A stretch of DNA of 63,772 nt, the filler included, from Choristocarpus tenellus KU-1152 (Eukaryota; Protista; Phaeophyceae): NCBI GenBank assembly GCA_964200185.2. It is 12 parts of 12 records of this genome, joined end to end, with 100 filler letters (N's around TTAATTAATTAA, not from the genome) between each part and the next. Parts side by side here need not be neighbours in the genome. Positions count along the whole stretch, not along the records: positions 46,780 to 53,438 come from CAXNAD020007630.1; positions 53,539 to 57,167 come from CAXNAD020018856.1; positions 57,268 to 60,904 come from CAXNAD020018815.1; positions 61,005 to 63,772 come from CAXNAD020024918.1; 8 more parts are not named here. One strand, 5' to 3'. Position 1 is the first letter of the stretch; the number at the start of each line of letters is the position of its first letter. The notes under the pieces are model-generated. The model saw only the letters and a list, made by a program, of their open reading frames with translations. It had not been told where the DNA came from and made no database searches. A program made the translations under genes and the position numbers. Of the stretch, positions 51,246 to 63,077 are shown piece by piece.

Positions 51246-52448
51246 TATGTATGTATTATGTGTGTTAGAAAACAATCAACATTTAATTTTTTTTGGGTGG
51301 GATCTCGATCAGTGTGGATGGACAAGGTGTGACCCTGAGTTTGCTCCTTTTTTTGTACAGAAGTTTGGTGATGTCTGTGGACTCGATGAACACCTCTTTT
51401 GTCCTAGTTATGAGGTGGGGGTTAAGTAGTGACCCTTTGAAAGCTAGATCGGGTTGCTATTTTCTCTTTTTTTTTTCTTTTTCCCTTTGTTTTTCTTTCT
51501 ATGTAGTTACATTACTCTTCAGTAATGTAGGAAAATATAATATATATATATAGTCGGTTGTATAGGGTTCATAGGAGAAGATAGGACAAGAAAGGATACA
51601 TGACAGTTCAAGGGTACACGGCAGCACGGACCTGACCTGAAGTGAGAGGTATATATAATACATTATATCACCCTTTCAACCTATGACCCCGTGAAAGAGT
51701 GCATACTGCATGGAGCTTCAGGTACTGTAGACGTAGTCATGTCACTCGGTGTATGTTTTTGATGATCTCTTAAGATTTTTTTTGTATATTCTGAAATATC
51801 TTTTTCTATCTCTCCTTCCTTTCTTTATATATTCCTATTGCAGTGCTCTCTCATTTTTTATTTTTTAAATGTAATGAGAAAAAATTCCTTGTCCCTTCTT
51901 TCCAACTTTGTCTGGACTCTTCTTTTTTTTTTATCTTTTTATGTTTTTTTTCGCCATGTTCACCGGGGTTTTTTCTAACAGAATATTCTTCGTATTTTCT
52001 GATGATCTTCCCAAATTCCTATCACTTGTAGATTGTTGTGCTTTGTTTTGTTTTGTTTTGTTTTATTTTTATTTATTTTTAATTTTATTATTTCTTCTTG
52101 TACCCCTTCTTTGTTCTCACTTATCTTTCCAGGTTTGATATATCATAGTTTGATTGTTTCCCTTGCAATTAATGCCTAGTATTACGTTATTTCATTGTCT
52201 TGTCCTTTCATGCTCTGTTGGCGACCCAGGGGCCATCCTCTGCTGACCCTGGGGCAGGAGCGAGACCAGGGAAGGAGAAGACCACAAGGGCGGGAGGAGG
52301 AGGCGGTCGAGGGGGTAAGGGAGGGAATGTTCAAAAGGTAGCAATGTACAAGGTGTCTGTGGATTGTGGTACAGAGCCATTAGAGTGGTTCAGGGGTTCC
52401 ACACCAGGGAAGGCTTGGAGGGCAGCCTTGAGGGCCATGGGATATGAG
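47882..52448 (+). CDS. FYRN/FYRC-domain chromatin protein, internal exons
   Basis: Exon 47882-47977 (…RKFPVQVGVVRVHSLGK) joins 50176-50532 (IKPRGGYHTRERLVPIGFRASRLEHSRRHDSVVHCFLEIIEE…, FYRN). There is an optional in-frame exon at 51361-51414, then 52230-52448 (…AMYKVSVDCGTEPLEWFRGSTPGKAWRAALRAMGYE, FYRN end / FYRC start). All junctions are phase 0. Confidence 0.8.
48487..48670 (+). mobile_element. G-tract MITE family D, TSD TTT, in an intron of the FYR gene
   Basis: GACTCAAAGCATCTGGGG ... CCCCAGATACTTCGGGTA, with TTT on both flanks. Confidence 0.9.
50749..50897. repeat. Intronic minisatellite of about 7-nt units with a 56-bp higher-order period
   Basis: ATATGAA/GTATGAT-like units; TGATAGTGA recurs at 50777, 50833 and 50889. 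Confidence 0.85.
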
Positions 52449-53631
52449 GTGGGTTCTTAGCGATTGCTTCATCTATTTTTTTTTTAAGTTCCAATGGGAG
52501 AGTATTTTGGTTGTCTCATGAAATGTGTTCACATGTACCCAAATTTTGTGCGTATTTTGTTGGAGAGGATTTTTTGGAGACGCATTTTCTTACTTGAAAA
52601 AAAAAAGAATTGATGTTTCCATTTTTGAGTTGCCTAGTGTAGAAAGAAAGTGATAATGTAAATATATATTTTGAACCTATTGAATAAAAATATATATATA
52701 TATTATCCGACCGGTTTGGTCTGGACAGTTTTTGTATCCTGTTAAAGAGATCTCTGGTGTAATAGGGTTGTTTGAGGTTCTTCCAGTGCAAATAACTGCT
52801 CTGCTCTACCTGCACAAGACAAATAGACCAACTTCCTCCATTCTCTTTGATCGATTTGAGCTTTTGGGGGTAGAGCGTAGAGTTGCAGTGAACGAGATGT
52901 ATGTACCCAGGTTTAGGTACTTTTTATTTTCGGGCTAGTTTTGCTCTCTCTCTCGCAATTCACCCATATTTTTATTATTTCTATGGATGGAGTTCTGACT
53001 TTTGTCTTGAGGTTGTTTATTTCTCTATTTCTTGAATAGTTTTTGACAATATACAGGAAGAGTTCAATACGCATTTGCATAAGTTTGTCAGCATCTATCA
53101 ATTGCAACTGTGTGTGTGGGGTACCCTCTTGTTTGCCTTGACACATTAGTCTGCTGAAAGGAATTTTTATTTTTGGAGTTTGCCTTGACCTGTGTATCCT
53201 AACCCTGACCCTAACCCTAACCCTACTATATATTTTTGTGACATTTCATCTTCTTTTTACATTGATGTGCTATCGATGACCTCAACCCTGAATTTCTTAC
53301 GCCTTTTTTTTTTAATGAAAAATGTGAACGCTATTCTTGCCAATAAATATATATATATATATATTTATTTTTTTATTTTTTCAATTTACAAACTGAAAAA
53401 AAACATCTAGAAAACTTTTTCCCTCCGAACCCTAATGTNNNNNNNNNNNNNNNNNNNNNNNNNNNNNNNNNNNNNNNNNNNNTTAATTAATTAANNNNNN
53501 NNNNNNNNNNNNNNNNNNNNNNNNNNNNNNNNNNNNNNGGGGGGGGGGGGGGGGGGTGGGGTTGGGGACGACAGGCTAGGGGCGAATCAGAAAAATTGTG
53601 CATAGAGTGCAGAATAGAGTATAATTCCCAG

Positions 53632-56600
53632 TTCTACAACCTTAAGGATGGAGCATGCATCAACAATGTGGAATATGGATATTTAGCAGGCATCAGCTTC
53701 ACCATGATGTTTGCTTTTGTTGGCCTATTTGCAGGAAGGGTATCAGACATCATGGACAGGAGGTGACTCATTTTTTCCTAATTTGTATGCTTGGGAGGGG
53801 GGGGGGGGCAAGGGGAGGAACAAGAGTAAAGGGGAAAAGGGACACTCCGCAAATAGTTCGGTTTTGTTCCACAGTTTGCTCAGAGTTTTGCACGCACAGT
53901 ATTCCGTTGGTAAATGGAAAGCTACCATTTCAAACTTCAGAGCTTACTGCACGGTTTTTCCATTAAAACAAAAGACATGCCCTTCGAAAAGCTAAGTTTC
54001 TTGGCAAGATATCACCTTTGTTGTTGACAAGAACTGTGTGATCATCACAGGCTGCATGGTCCGCTATGAAAGATTATTTGTAAAGGGTTGGGGTGAAATG
54101 ATTTGATGAAATATTTTTTGGAGCTCAGGACAAAATGTGTTGGACATACCGAACCCCTTTTTTTCTTCTTATTCTGCAAGTAGTGCTGTTGATGCCTGTG
54201 TCGCTTCTCACATTGTGATATCGATGTTTGCCTGTACATGACAGCCCCATGTAACCTTTCCCACCATTTTTTTAGGTTTCTGCACACAGGGGCTGTGCTG
54301 CTATGGAGCCTTGCAGTTGCAGCCCATGCGACGTGCACCTCCTTCAATTGCCTCTTGGTGAGCAGACGTTTCCACGAAGTGACACATGCAGCACTACTCA
54401 CCCCTCCGCCCGCATGAACACTAGTCACTTTGTGGACTTGACCTACTGACGGAAGCTTACTTGATATTTTTTTCATTATCAAGTGCTTGGCACTCTTCTT
54501 GCTGCAGGTGGACATCGTATCAGTGACAGCAGTGGATAGTACAATTTGATTTTTTTAAAACTATACCAGAAGGCGATGAAGGGTGAGGGTTATGCCTACA
54601 ATATGTGCTGTCAGCCAACCTGACACATAGCAAAACTGGACCTGCTTTTGCAAATGCCGAAATGTTGCCTTTTCCCTCCCCCCCCTCCTTCTGTGGATAT
54701 GATCTGATTTCACATGCAATTGCTTGTTTTCTACATTCATGGGTGGGCGTGTTTGTGGCTGCTGGTTGGGTGGGTGGGTGTGTGGGTGCGTGCATACCTG
54801 AGAGAGTAGATTGCGAGAGTGTTGGTAGGTGTTGGGGAGGCGTTTAATGCCCCTGCATGCTACACACTCATCTCTGCCTATTTCCGGAACTCACAACGAG
54901 CTACTGCCAACGGAATCTATTCCACTGGCACTTACCTTGGGTCGGCCATGTCCAGTCTCTGCCTCTGCCTTGCTGGGATAGTAGGTGAATGCTTCCCCTC
55001 CTTGTAGCCCCTCTCCTTCCCTCACATATATGCCAGCTTTGAAGAGATTGTAGACCCCTCATTTTGATCTCGCAGTCTACTTGTAGACTTCCCCGGGCCC
55101 TGATGTGCAAGCATGTTGGGAGCCATGATTGACCCGATCATTTATATTTATTTTGTTTTTTTGGAGTATAGCGTTGAGTTGTTGTAATAAGCCCATGTTG
55201 TTATCGTGGCTTCATCGGTGAGGAGTCTCAATAGATATACTTTTACTATACTTTTATGGACTGGGTTTGGTTTTTTATTTGTAGTAGTCTGGTCAGCTTT
55301 GTTAAAAAAAAAGGGGGGGGGGATTGTTTGCTACTGTTGTTGTAAAACTTTTCTCCATTTTTGTTTATTGATTAAATTGAATTGCATGTGTGTAACCCAC
55401 CCAGGCACAAGAATTTGTTGCCATTTGAATGTGTATGAACAAGAGCAAATCAGGTAGTATCCTGCTTCAAAGAAGAGTCCTCTCTCTGGGTGCGAAATTT
55501 TAGGTTGATTTTATAAGGCACGTTAAAAGCAGTGCGTTTAATGTGGAAGACTTTCAAGCAGTATGTTTTTGACCTTCACCTGTTGCAGCATGAAAAAGAA
55601 AAAGGAATGGCACCAACTTGTCAAGAACGGTTCCGTGCAATGTGTCCTGTTTGGCAACGTTGAGATGACTGTGTTCATTCTGAGAATGCTGAGGTGTCTC
55701 CTTGGAAGTGCTAGATGTCTATCTAGGGGCTCGAAGTATCTGGGGGGGGTGGTGGTAGCTGTCCATTTGGGGTCAATTATTTCCATGTCGCGATTTTTGG
55801 GTGATTTGGTTGCATATGTCTGATGGATGTAACTGCACTTTGCCCGATTTTGACCCAAATGGACACCCTGGTGTAGCCTCGCCCCCAGATACTTTGGGTC
55901 AGGGTTAGTAGAGAAAAAAAACAAAACAGGTTCAGTAGTTCGAGAGCTTTGATGGTGATTGTTAGCAAGAGTACGGGGAAGTTATGAGATTGTCTCAAAG
56001 AGAGTTGCCCTAGGTGAATCGTGTGTTGTTCCACAGACACACAGTTGTCGCATCCTCATAGCAGAATTACAAGCGTTGATAGTGCTCCTATAGACGTAAA
56101 TATATATATAATGTATATATTGTGGGTGCTTTGGGAGTGTTTTTTTGAGTTGAAAAACATAATTTTTTTGTTTGTTCTCATGATCGTTTCATGTGACCCA
56201 AACCAAACCTTGAATGGAACACGCATGTCTCCTTCCCCTGTCCATTTACTTCACGATACCCAAAAGGATGCTCCAGTGTGAAGTCTTATTTCCCAACTCT
56301 TAGAAAGGTAAATCAAGAGGATGTTTGACTCGTGAGTAGTCCCAACTATACTCCTACCCCCCCGGCCATATTCACCCCTGCCCCTGCCCTCATCCTCACC
56401 TGTGCTGGCGGTGTGGTTTTGATCAGGGTGGAGGGACACAGCATTCCTCTCCGGGTGCTTTGGAGTTTTCATGGCTGTCGTCCTCTTCTACACGGTGGAC
56501 CAAGACCCAGCGTCGTTAGAGGAGGGCTACAGGATGCGCCTTGCCCTTGTCACCACCACAACTACGTCTGGTTTCACCACCACAGAGCTGCATGACTTTG

Positions 56601-57090
56601 ATGGGAACAAGGGCATCGGCTGCGAAAGGAGCAATCACAGTAGCAATGCCAGCGCTGACAGTCTTGATGATAGTGCTGTTGGGGTAGGCGAGGGTGACGC
56701 TGGGCTGAGGAGAGATTACTCTGTTGAAAGCCCCGTTTGTGTGGCAACACTGCCCTCCTTCAATGGAACAGGGGCCTCTCCTGAAGTCAGCATGCCTTTG
56801 AAGAGTGTGGACTATATTGGGAGTGGCGGAGGCTTGGGGGGGGGAGGGGATGGTGGTCAACCAGGGCTGAGGATCACTCTTCGCAAGATTGTGACAAACC
56901 GTGTAGTGATGGTCCTGGTTTCAGCCACGAGCCTGCGAATGGTCGGGGTCTATAGCCTTGCAAGCTATATGGCGACATACTTCCACAGGGCATTTCCGGA
57001 TGAGACGTCTCTCTTCGCTGTTGTCAATGCAATCTTTGTGAGCCTTGGGGGAATGGCAAGCTCGTATGCGGGTGGGGCCATAGCCGACCG
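53632..57090 (+). CDS. Major facilitator superfamily transporter, Spinster-like; internal exons
   Basis: Exons 53632-53762 (EYGYLAGISFTMMFAFVGLFAGRVSDIMDRR, MFS motif A), 54276-54357, 54810-54984 (ARVLVGVGEA...PACYTLISAYF...RATANGIY) and 56427-57090 (GWR...GGAIADR). Phases are compatible. Confidence 0.93.
55728..55900 (+). mobile_element. G-tract MITE family D, TSD AGG, in an MFS intron
   Basis: GGCTCGAAGTATCTGGGG ... CCCCAGATACTTTGGGTC, with AGG on both flanks. Confidence 0.92.
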
Positions 57091-57325
57091 GTGTGTATGA
57101 AAGGGGGGGGGGGGGGGGGGGGGGGGGGGGTTGGCGTTTGTGGAGGTTGGGGGGGGGGTGGTCGATTNNNNNNNNNNNNNNNNNNNNNNNNNNNNNNNNN
57201 NNNNNNNNNNNTTAATTAATTAANNNNNNNNNNNNNNNNNNNNNNNNNNNNNNNNNNNNNNNNNNNNCCCCCCCCTCTTTCCCTCTCCACCTCCCTCCGC
57301 TGTTATCAACATCTCATCACGGCAG

Positions 57326-57526
57326 CTGCTTTCGTCTCTCAAGGATGAGATGGTAGTCATTCAAACATTTGAGAACGTATTCCGCAGTAGTGATGCAGTT
57401 TCAAAAGAAAGTCTCCTCCAGTATTGGGAACTCCTTGAGGACATCGCCAAGGCCCGGGAGGTGTCCGCCACAAGACTGAGGTCAAACTTGGCTGATGCAG
57501 AAAAAGGGCTTGCCTCATTGAGTTGA
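57326..57526 (+). CDS. Terminal exon encoding a coiled-coil tail, possibly kinesin-13 type
   Basis: A pyrimidine tract and cag acceptor precede LLSSLKDEMVVIQTFENVFRSSDAVSKESLLQYWELLEDIAKAREVSATRLRSNLADAEKGLASLS*. The L+.EM...Y...L+.I...L+..L pattern resembles kinesin-13 C-termini. Confidence 0.5.
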   Translation: MLSSLKDEMVVIQTFENVFRSSDAVSKESLLQYWELLEDIAKAREVSATRLRSNLADAEKGLASLS

Positions 57527-58539
57527 TCTCTTTCTTTTTCTTTTTCTATTTTTTGTTGTTGTTCTCCTGATGAAGTTTTTTAAAGATCCTTTCATGATGT
57601 GTGATAGGTCTAGGGAGCGGGTTTGTTTGGCATGTGGTTAGTTACGTGCCCGAGCTTTAATTTTAATTTTTGTTTGTAAGGGTCATTGTTGGACTACTGC
57701 TGTCTGCATGTGGTCTTAAAACTAGAAAATCATGATACTATCCCAGCACCTTTTTTAAACTCTTTACCTGTAGTTTGTGGTTTTTGGAGGGGAGGGAGGG
57801 GGGGATTTTAGAGTGGGTTTGGTTTGGTGCACAGTTGAAATGACGCAATCCTAGAGGCTTTCTAGCACATGATGAAGTGTGTTGAGGGTGACTGACTGCA
57901 AGGAGACGGGGTAGATGGTTTCTTGTGCCTCTTTCTTGTACACCCCAGTTGCGGAGTAGACAGCACCTTTTCCTTTCCGTTTTTTAGTTGGATTCTTGAA
58001 ACGGCTCCAACAATAACGAACTGGAACGGCTGCATCTCAAAAAAGTCTTATTTCTTCTTTTTTTGTGGAACAAAAAGGATCTGAAAATGTTTTGAAACGG
58101 TTACAGGGTTCCGCTTCTTTTTTTACTGTTCGCGTTTTTAAAAATGTGTCTGATCGATTCTCCTCTGTACGCTGACCCCGCAGCTGCTTGACAAATGTCA
58201 CAATTGCTACACCTATTGGATTAGAGCCGGTGCAATGAAAGGCTTGTGTGAGTTTCTAAAATAAAAAAAATGAGAGGTTGCATACGTAGGGAAGAGGAGA
58301 CTAGGAACAAGAGAGATTAAGAAAATAAGAAGAAGCTTTTGCATGCCATGATACTCTCGCCATCAGTGTGCATGATGTACTGATCACTATGATGTATGCC
58401 TTCACAACGGTGTACTACTTGGGTTGTCCTACCACGAAAGAGCAACTACATGTAAGGATCAACCATTCCAAGCTTTTGGGTATGTTACTGTGGTTCTTCT
58501 TTGGCATAGGATCACCATGGACATGAAAGAAAAACTCTT

Positions 58540-58850
58540 GACCAACAATTGGTCCTAACTAAGCTTCTTTTCGGCCTCTTGAGTTCTCTGTAGCCCTTCG
58601 TAATTCCTTTGCCATTGTCCCACAAAATAGTTCCCTTGCAAGATCTGGCCTTGTTTCTAATGTGTGCCCTGCACAGGCGATGAGGAAAGCTTTGTTCTTG
58701 TTGGTTCAAAGGTGTATGTGTAGAAAGCCTACCTATAGATGGCGAAATGTGTGTGCTATTCTTCCCAGATGCACCACGTTGTGGTTGTGTATAGTTAACA
58801 TCTGGAGGACACCCATTATTGCCTTTTTGTGGTCCTTGAAGAGAGTCCTG
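58540..58850 (-). mobile_element. Decayed RTE-like LINE 3' remnant
   Basis: LYTTTTW... and RPDLARELFCGTMAKELRRATENSRGRK resemble the LLY...W and R.P+.ll.G...RGR tail of RTE elements; many stops. Confidence 0.3.
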
Positions 58851-60566
58851 TCATAGGAGTGGAACTTCCTCTTCAGCACTAGGACAAGTAGTGTCCCTTC
58901 TAAGACGTCAAATACCCACGTACTACCTACGACTAAGACAAAAGGACAGCCTATTTACCGGGATTTACATACGAGGTACATGTAAGGGACGGTCGGAAAC
59001 CCTTTTCCTGAGGTGGTTGTCAAATATGTAGGCAGGTAGTGTCTTTGCATTTGTTTGGAAGTCTGTGCTGAAGTAGCACCTGTATAAAAATACTCGTACG
59101 TTGGAAGAAGCCTGATTTGATTTATATTTACGTACATCCGACTTAGATGAGACCTCAGTTAAATTTATCAGAACTCCAATTCATGGCAACTAGATGAATT
59201 ATACAGTTCACTCCGCTTGCAATACTTAACGAAGACCAAAAGAAACCCAAAACTAAGCTGTCCAAGCACTCATAAAAATGGTATATACACAGTAGAGGTC
59301 TAGTTCTCGTTGCACCCAAACTCTTTGCTACATGTTCACCCTCGAACTGAGTCGAAGTATGTATGTTTTTACTCACCACAATCTAGAACCCCGTACCTTC
59401 AAGATGCTATAATAGCAGTTCCTCGTAACGAAAATAGAACAACGAAATACAATATCCAGTTGTCATAGATTCTACCTTATGGAGAGGGAAGAAGAGAAGC
59501 AAGATAGTGGAGATGCCAGGTACCACCAATCATCGATATTGTACCTAACGTATCAATGACCCCTACAATTGCTGGAAACGAGAGAGTGACCCTCCTCGTT
59601 TTCCTAGCTGTTCCCGATGATGATCGATAGTATGCCCCGAAAGAACAAACCCTCTGCGAATCAAGCTGACTAAGCTGAAGCAGACAATCAAGTAATATAC
59701 TTCAGCAAGATATTACTAATGTAGTAGTATTCCGACTGGAATTCAACCTCCAAACAAACAGAAAACTTATCGCCCTACAACGTCTGGTCCTCCATTACAA
59801 GGTGGAAACATCATTGTTATGGGGCTGTGTAATGTGCAGAAGTTAGACCACCTGCCTGAACACATGCCCTGCAAAATGGTAAAGATTTAGCATATGCATC
59901 ATGCTGAGGGTGTCCTCCAACCCTAATTACTTTCTTCCCAAGCAGACCGAAGGTACGTAGGAAGAGTCAGGAATCCCTAAAAAGAAAAAAAATACACGTA
60001 ATAATGTCAATGCATTTAACCACGTAATAAATAGTACAAGACCTCGACCAAAAACAGGTGAGTCATTATCAGATACTTGATGACGTGTGCCTATACTACA
60101 TGATTCAGTTTGATTTTCCTCACACAATGCTGGACGTTTCCTTGTGGATACCTCGTGTTCTCTGGACGTACTTCTGACTCTATTGAGTTAATATTAGATT
60201 GTTTCAAGTCAACCAATAAACCACTCATTAATTCTTACGATTCCCACTGTGTTTTTTCCACCACTTTTTGACAACGAAATAATAATGAAAATAAGACCGA
60301 AGGATATTGAGTGACACAGTAGTATGAGGAGCAACAATTGCACCACTAATCAATACCATTATGACTGGCATTTCTTGTTCTTCTGTACCCATCATATGTG
60401 AACTATCAGTCCATTCTGTCAGCAGCACCGTTGATACTCACCCTCATCTACCATCTGTAAGCATGGATGGCTATAGGCACTGCTGGCAGCCACTTACGTA
60501 ACCCCTAAAACTACTCCTTCATCCTCCGGAACAGGTAGCTTAGCTACTGGTTGGGTGTATGTGGCA

Positions 60567-60708
60567 TCATTCAGCTCTCCATGTGACGTAAACAGCGTCT
60601 GTTCGGAAGCGCTGAGTGCACGTAGCCTCCGCTACTGGGGTCACCCCTCCTTGCTGATATTCAAAAATCCCAGCCTGTGCAATCATGGCCCCATTATCAA
60701 TGCAGTAC
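60567..60708 (-). CDS. KAE1: tRNA N6-adenosine threonylcarbamoyltransferase (KEOPS Kae1/OSGEP), last exon
   Basis: ccag|(R)[46 protein letters not shown] is the diagnostic Kae1 C-terminus. It is not in the supplied ORF track. Confidence 0.96.
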
Positions 60709-61004
60709 CTGGGAGGGGTTGCGGGGAGGGTTGGGGGAAGTTCAACATTGTTGAAAACTCAAGCATTTCCTGGGTTGGGATTTCGGCATGGGCACGTAGA
60801 TAAATGTGAAGAAAATACAAACGTGACAGCTATCCACTAGCATACCCTTCTTATGATGACATAGTAACTGTGACTGGTTGTGTGAGGGTCAAAGTATCTG
60901 GGGGNNNNNNNNNNNNNNNNNNNNNNNNNNNNNNNNNNNNNNNNNNNNTTAATTAATTAANNNNNNNNNNNNNNNNNNNNNNNNNNNNNNNNNNNNNNNN
61001 NNNN

Positions 61005-61069
61005 CCGGTGATTCTCTTCGTCACCCTTGCCTGAGTGAACCACGCCGCCACAGAATCACACGATTCACA
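61005..61069 (+). mobile_element. 3' end of a family A LTR at the contig start
   Basis: CCGGTGATTCTCTTCG...CACGATTCACA, not followed by a PBS. Confidence 0.85.
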
Positions 61070-62012
61070 TTTAGAGCTGTAGAATTATGAAAATGAGGGT
61101 TCATAATGTCAAGCATCATTCCATCCACCTGGCTGCAATTAAGCTGTACACAAAAGATGGCATCAAAATTTTGCTTGGAGGGTGAAAATGTTCGCAAACT
61201 ACACCGTTACTTCCTCTTGATCATACGACTCACACAAAGTTGGTCGTGCTTCTGTTCTCTTTCTCCCAATATAACATGATAGGTGCACAGACATATCACC
61301 CGAAGAAGGGGGGAGTTGCCCTTCCTTCAGGGATACTCTTTTCGAATGCGGGTAACGAGTAATAGGTGGCGACAGCCCCCATCCGAACAGTGTTGGTACA
61401 AGGGCATAATCACCCCTGCAAATTCATACTCCGGTAAAGTATATACATTATATTTTGGTTGTGTGTGCGACTTTGTTCCGTAGCCATCTCCTCCATACAA
61501 TAAAGAGTTTATGACGACACCAAATAGTCTCACGAACTTCCAGCCAGCAACACCAGTTGGAAGGAGACGAGGAAAGACAAGTCATGCATGGATAGGTTGA
61601 GCATACCCAATAAAACCAACTGCCACTTAACATCCAAAATACCATTTGATGAAGATCGAGGACTTGAGTTGGACTGTGAGAAGTCTTTTCTTATGGAAGA
61701 GACATTTCTCAGCTTGACAATGCACCACGTTTTGACGGTATCTCCTCGCGTACCAAGTCTGCAGAACTAACTTTAGCCTATAATTTGGTTGTGTAGGAAA
61801 GGTATTTCTCTTCAGTAAGACAATGACTTGTGATATATACAGGGTGGTCAAGATGGGGCTCCCGTTGGCCTCTATCTGCTTTGCACGCCTTGAACTTGGA
61901 ATTTTGAGAATGTATAAAGGGACAGGGTCGATATAAATCCTCTGAACTATACCCTAACTAGACATTGAACCCTCAACCCGGGGCCGCCAAGGCCTGTGCG
62001 GTTCTACATAGT

Positions 62013-63077
62013 TCAGTCCCTTAATTCAACACGAAGACGAAAAGTAGAAAACAAGCAGTCTGCAAAGGCAAGTGTGGAGGGTGTTCCGATTCTAAGGGAA
62101 TGACAGTTAGGGGGTTTGGAGGACTTTGACCTCCGTATATCTTCCCTAAGTGGACCATTCATGTGACGGATGATATTGTTGGCACTACTTTGCAAAGTGC
62201 AGAACAGTTGGTAGCACTCCTCAGGGCTCCTCCCTGCCTGCAGTTGGAAACCATGAGGTCGTGTACCGAACAAGCGGGAAGGCAGATAAACAGGGCAACA
62301 ACAGTTTGTCAGACGGCGACAACTTGGTCGGAATCACTTCACATTTGTATAGGGATCAAGTCAGAGACACAAGGTAGACAATCCCGTAGCAGGTCTACAG
62401 CAATGCTAGGTTTGATTAAGGTCAAAACCCAGAAATAGCTAGAATCGAGGCTCACAGTATCTGGGTGGGGTGGGGGTCTACACCAGGGCGTCCATTCGGG
62501 CCCTGACCAGGACAAGTGCACTTACATTATCTATCGGACGCATGCAACCAAATCACCGAAAAATCGCGACATGTAAAAATGGATCCAGAATGGACAGCCA
62601 CCACGCCCCCCAGATACTTAGAGCCTCGAGGCAAGGTAGCTTTCGACCTCAACGTACATGTGTATAAATGGACTTGAGATAACTTTTTTCTTTGTTTGCT
62701 TAGAGGTCCAGAGCTCTACTATTGGCATAATAATAACACAGGGTTTGTTCTGCCTGGGGTGTTTCGTATTTCCTTACCTTGCCAGCCTATTCCAGTTGTC
62801 TGCAAAGGGCTTCCAGTTGCAATGCCTTCATCATTCCAGCTGTCCCCTTGAGCTTGTGTGCTATTCTTCGAACTTCCTCGACCTTGGACGCATCTGACGG
62901 CCTCTTCACGTACGCCTGGACGGCTGTATCGCACTCACCCATGGTTTTCTTCAAGTTTGATAGAAACGAAGGGATGAGGCCCAGAATGCTATCATCAGTG
63001 AGTCCACATTCGCTTTTGAGAGACCTGTTGTCCAATAAAGGGAGGTTGGATACAGAGGGGTAGCGATCTTCAGCCAT
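62013..63077 (-). CDS. Standalone histidine phosphotransfer (HPt) protein; two exons with an in-frame TAG at 62787-62789 (pseudogene, truncated allele or recoded)
   Basis: Exon 1 63077-62778: MAEDRYP...VEEVRRIAHKLKGTAGMMKALQLEALCRQLE*AGK|gtaagg, containing the HPt motif AHxLKG with the phospho-His intact. Exon 2 starts at 62237 after a pyrimidine tract and ctgcag: AGRSPEECYQLFCTLQSSANNIIRHM..., which fits the last HPt helix. The 3' end is uncertain. Confidence 0.85.
62449..62625 (-). mobile_element. G-tract MITE family D in the HPt intron
   Basis: GGCTCACAGTATCTGGG ... CCCAGATACTTAGAGCC, flanked by TCGA on both sides. Confidence 0.9.

Noticed and set aside
33452-60708. Apparent cluster of tRNA/rRNA-processing genes (miaA, KAE1, plus RRP1)
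   Set aside because: The genes are on different contigs, so their proximity comes from concatenation.
10207-61004. Regularly recurring TTAATTAATTAA palindrome between N runs, resembling a repeat-spacer array
   Set aside because: It is a synthetic contig-join linker.
61200-61900. Possible Gypsy RT remnant (LVLQTW...KCLFH)
   Set aside because: Too decayed, with no YxDD or other anchor motif.
62787-62789. Genome-wide reassignment of TAG to Gln
   Set aside because: No other reconstructed exon of an intact gene has an in-frame TAG or TAA, Gln is encoded by CAA/CAG, and miaA appears to end at TAG.
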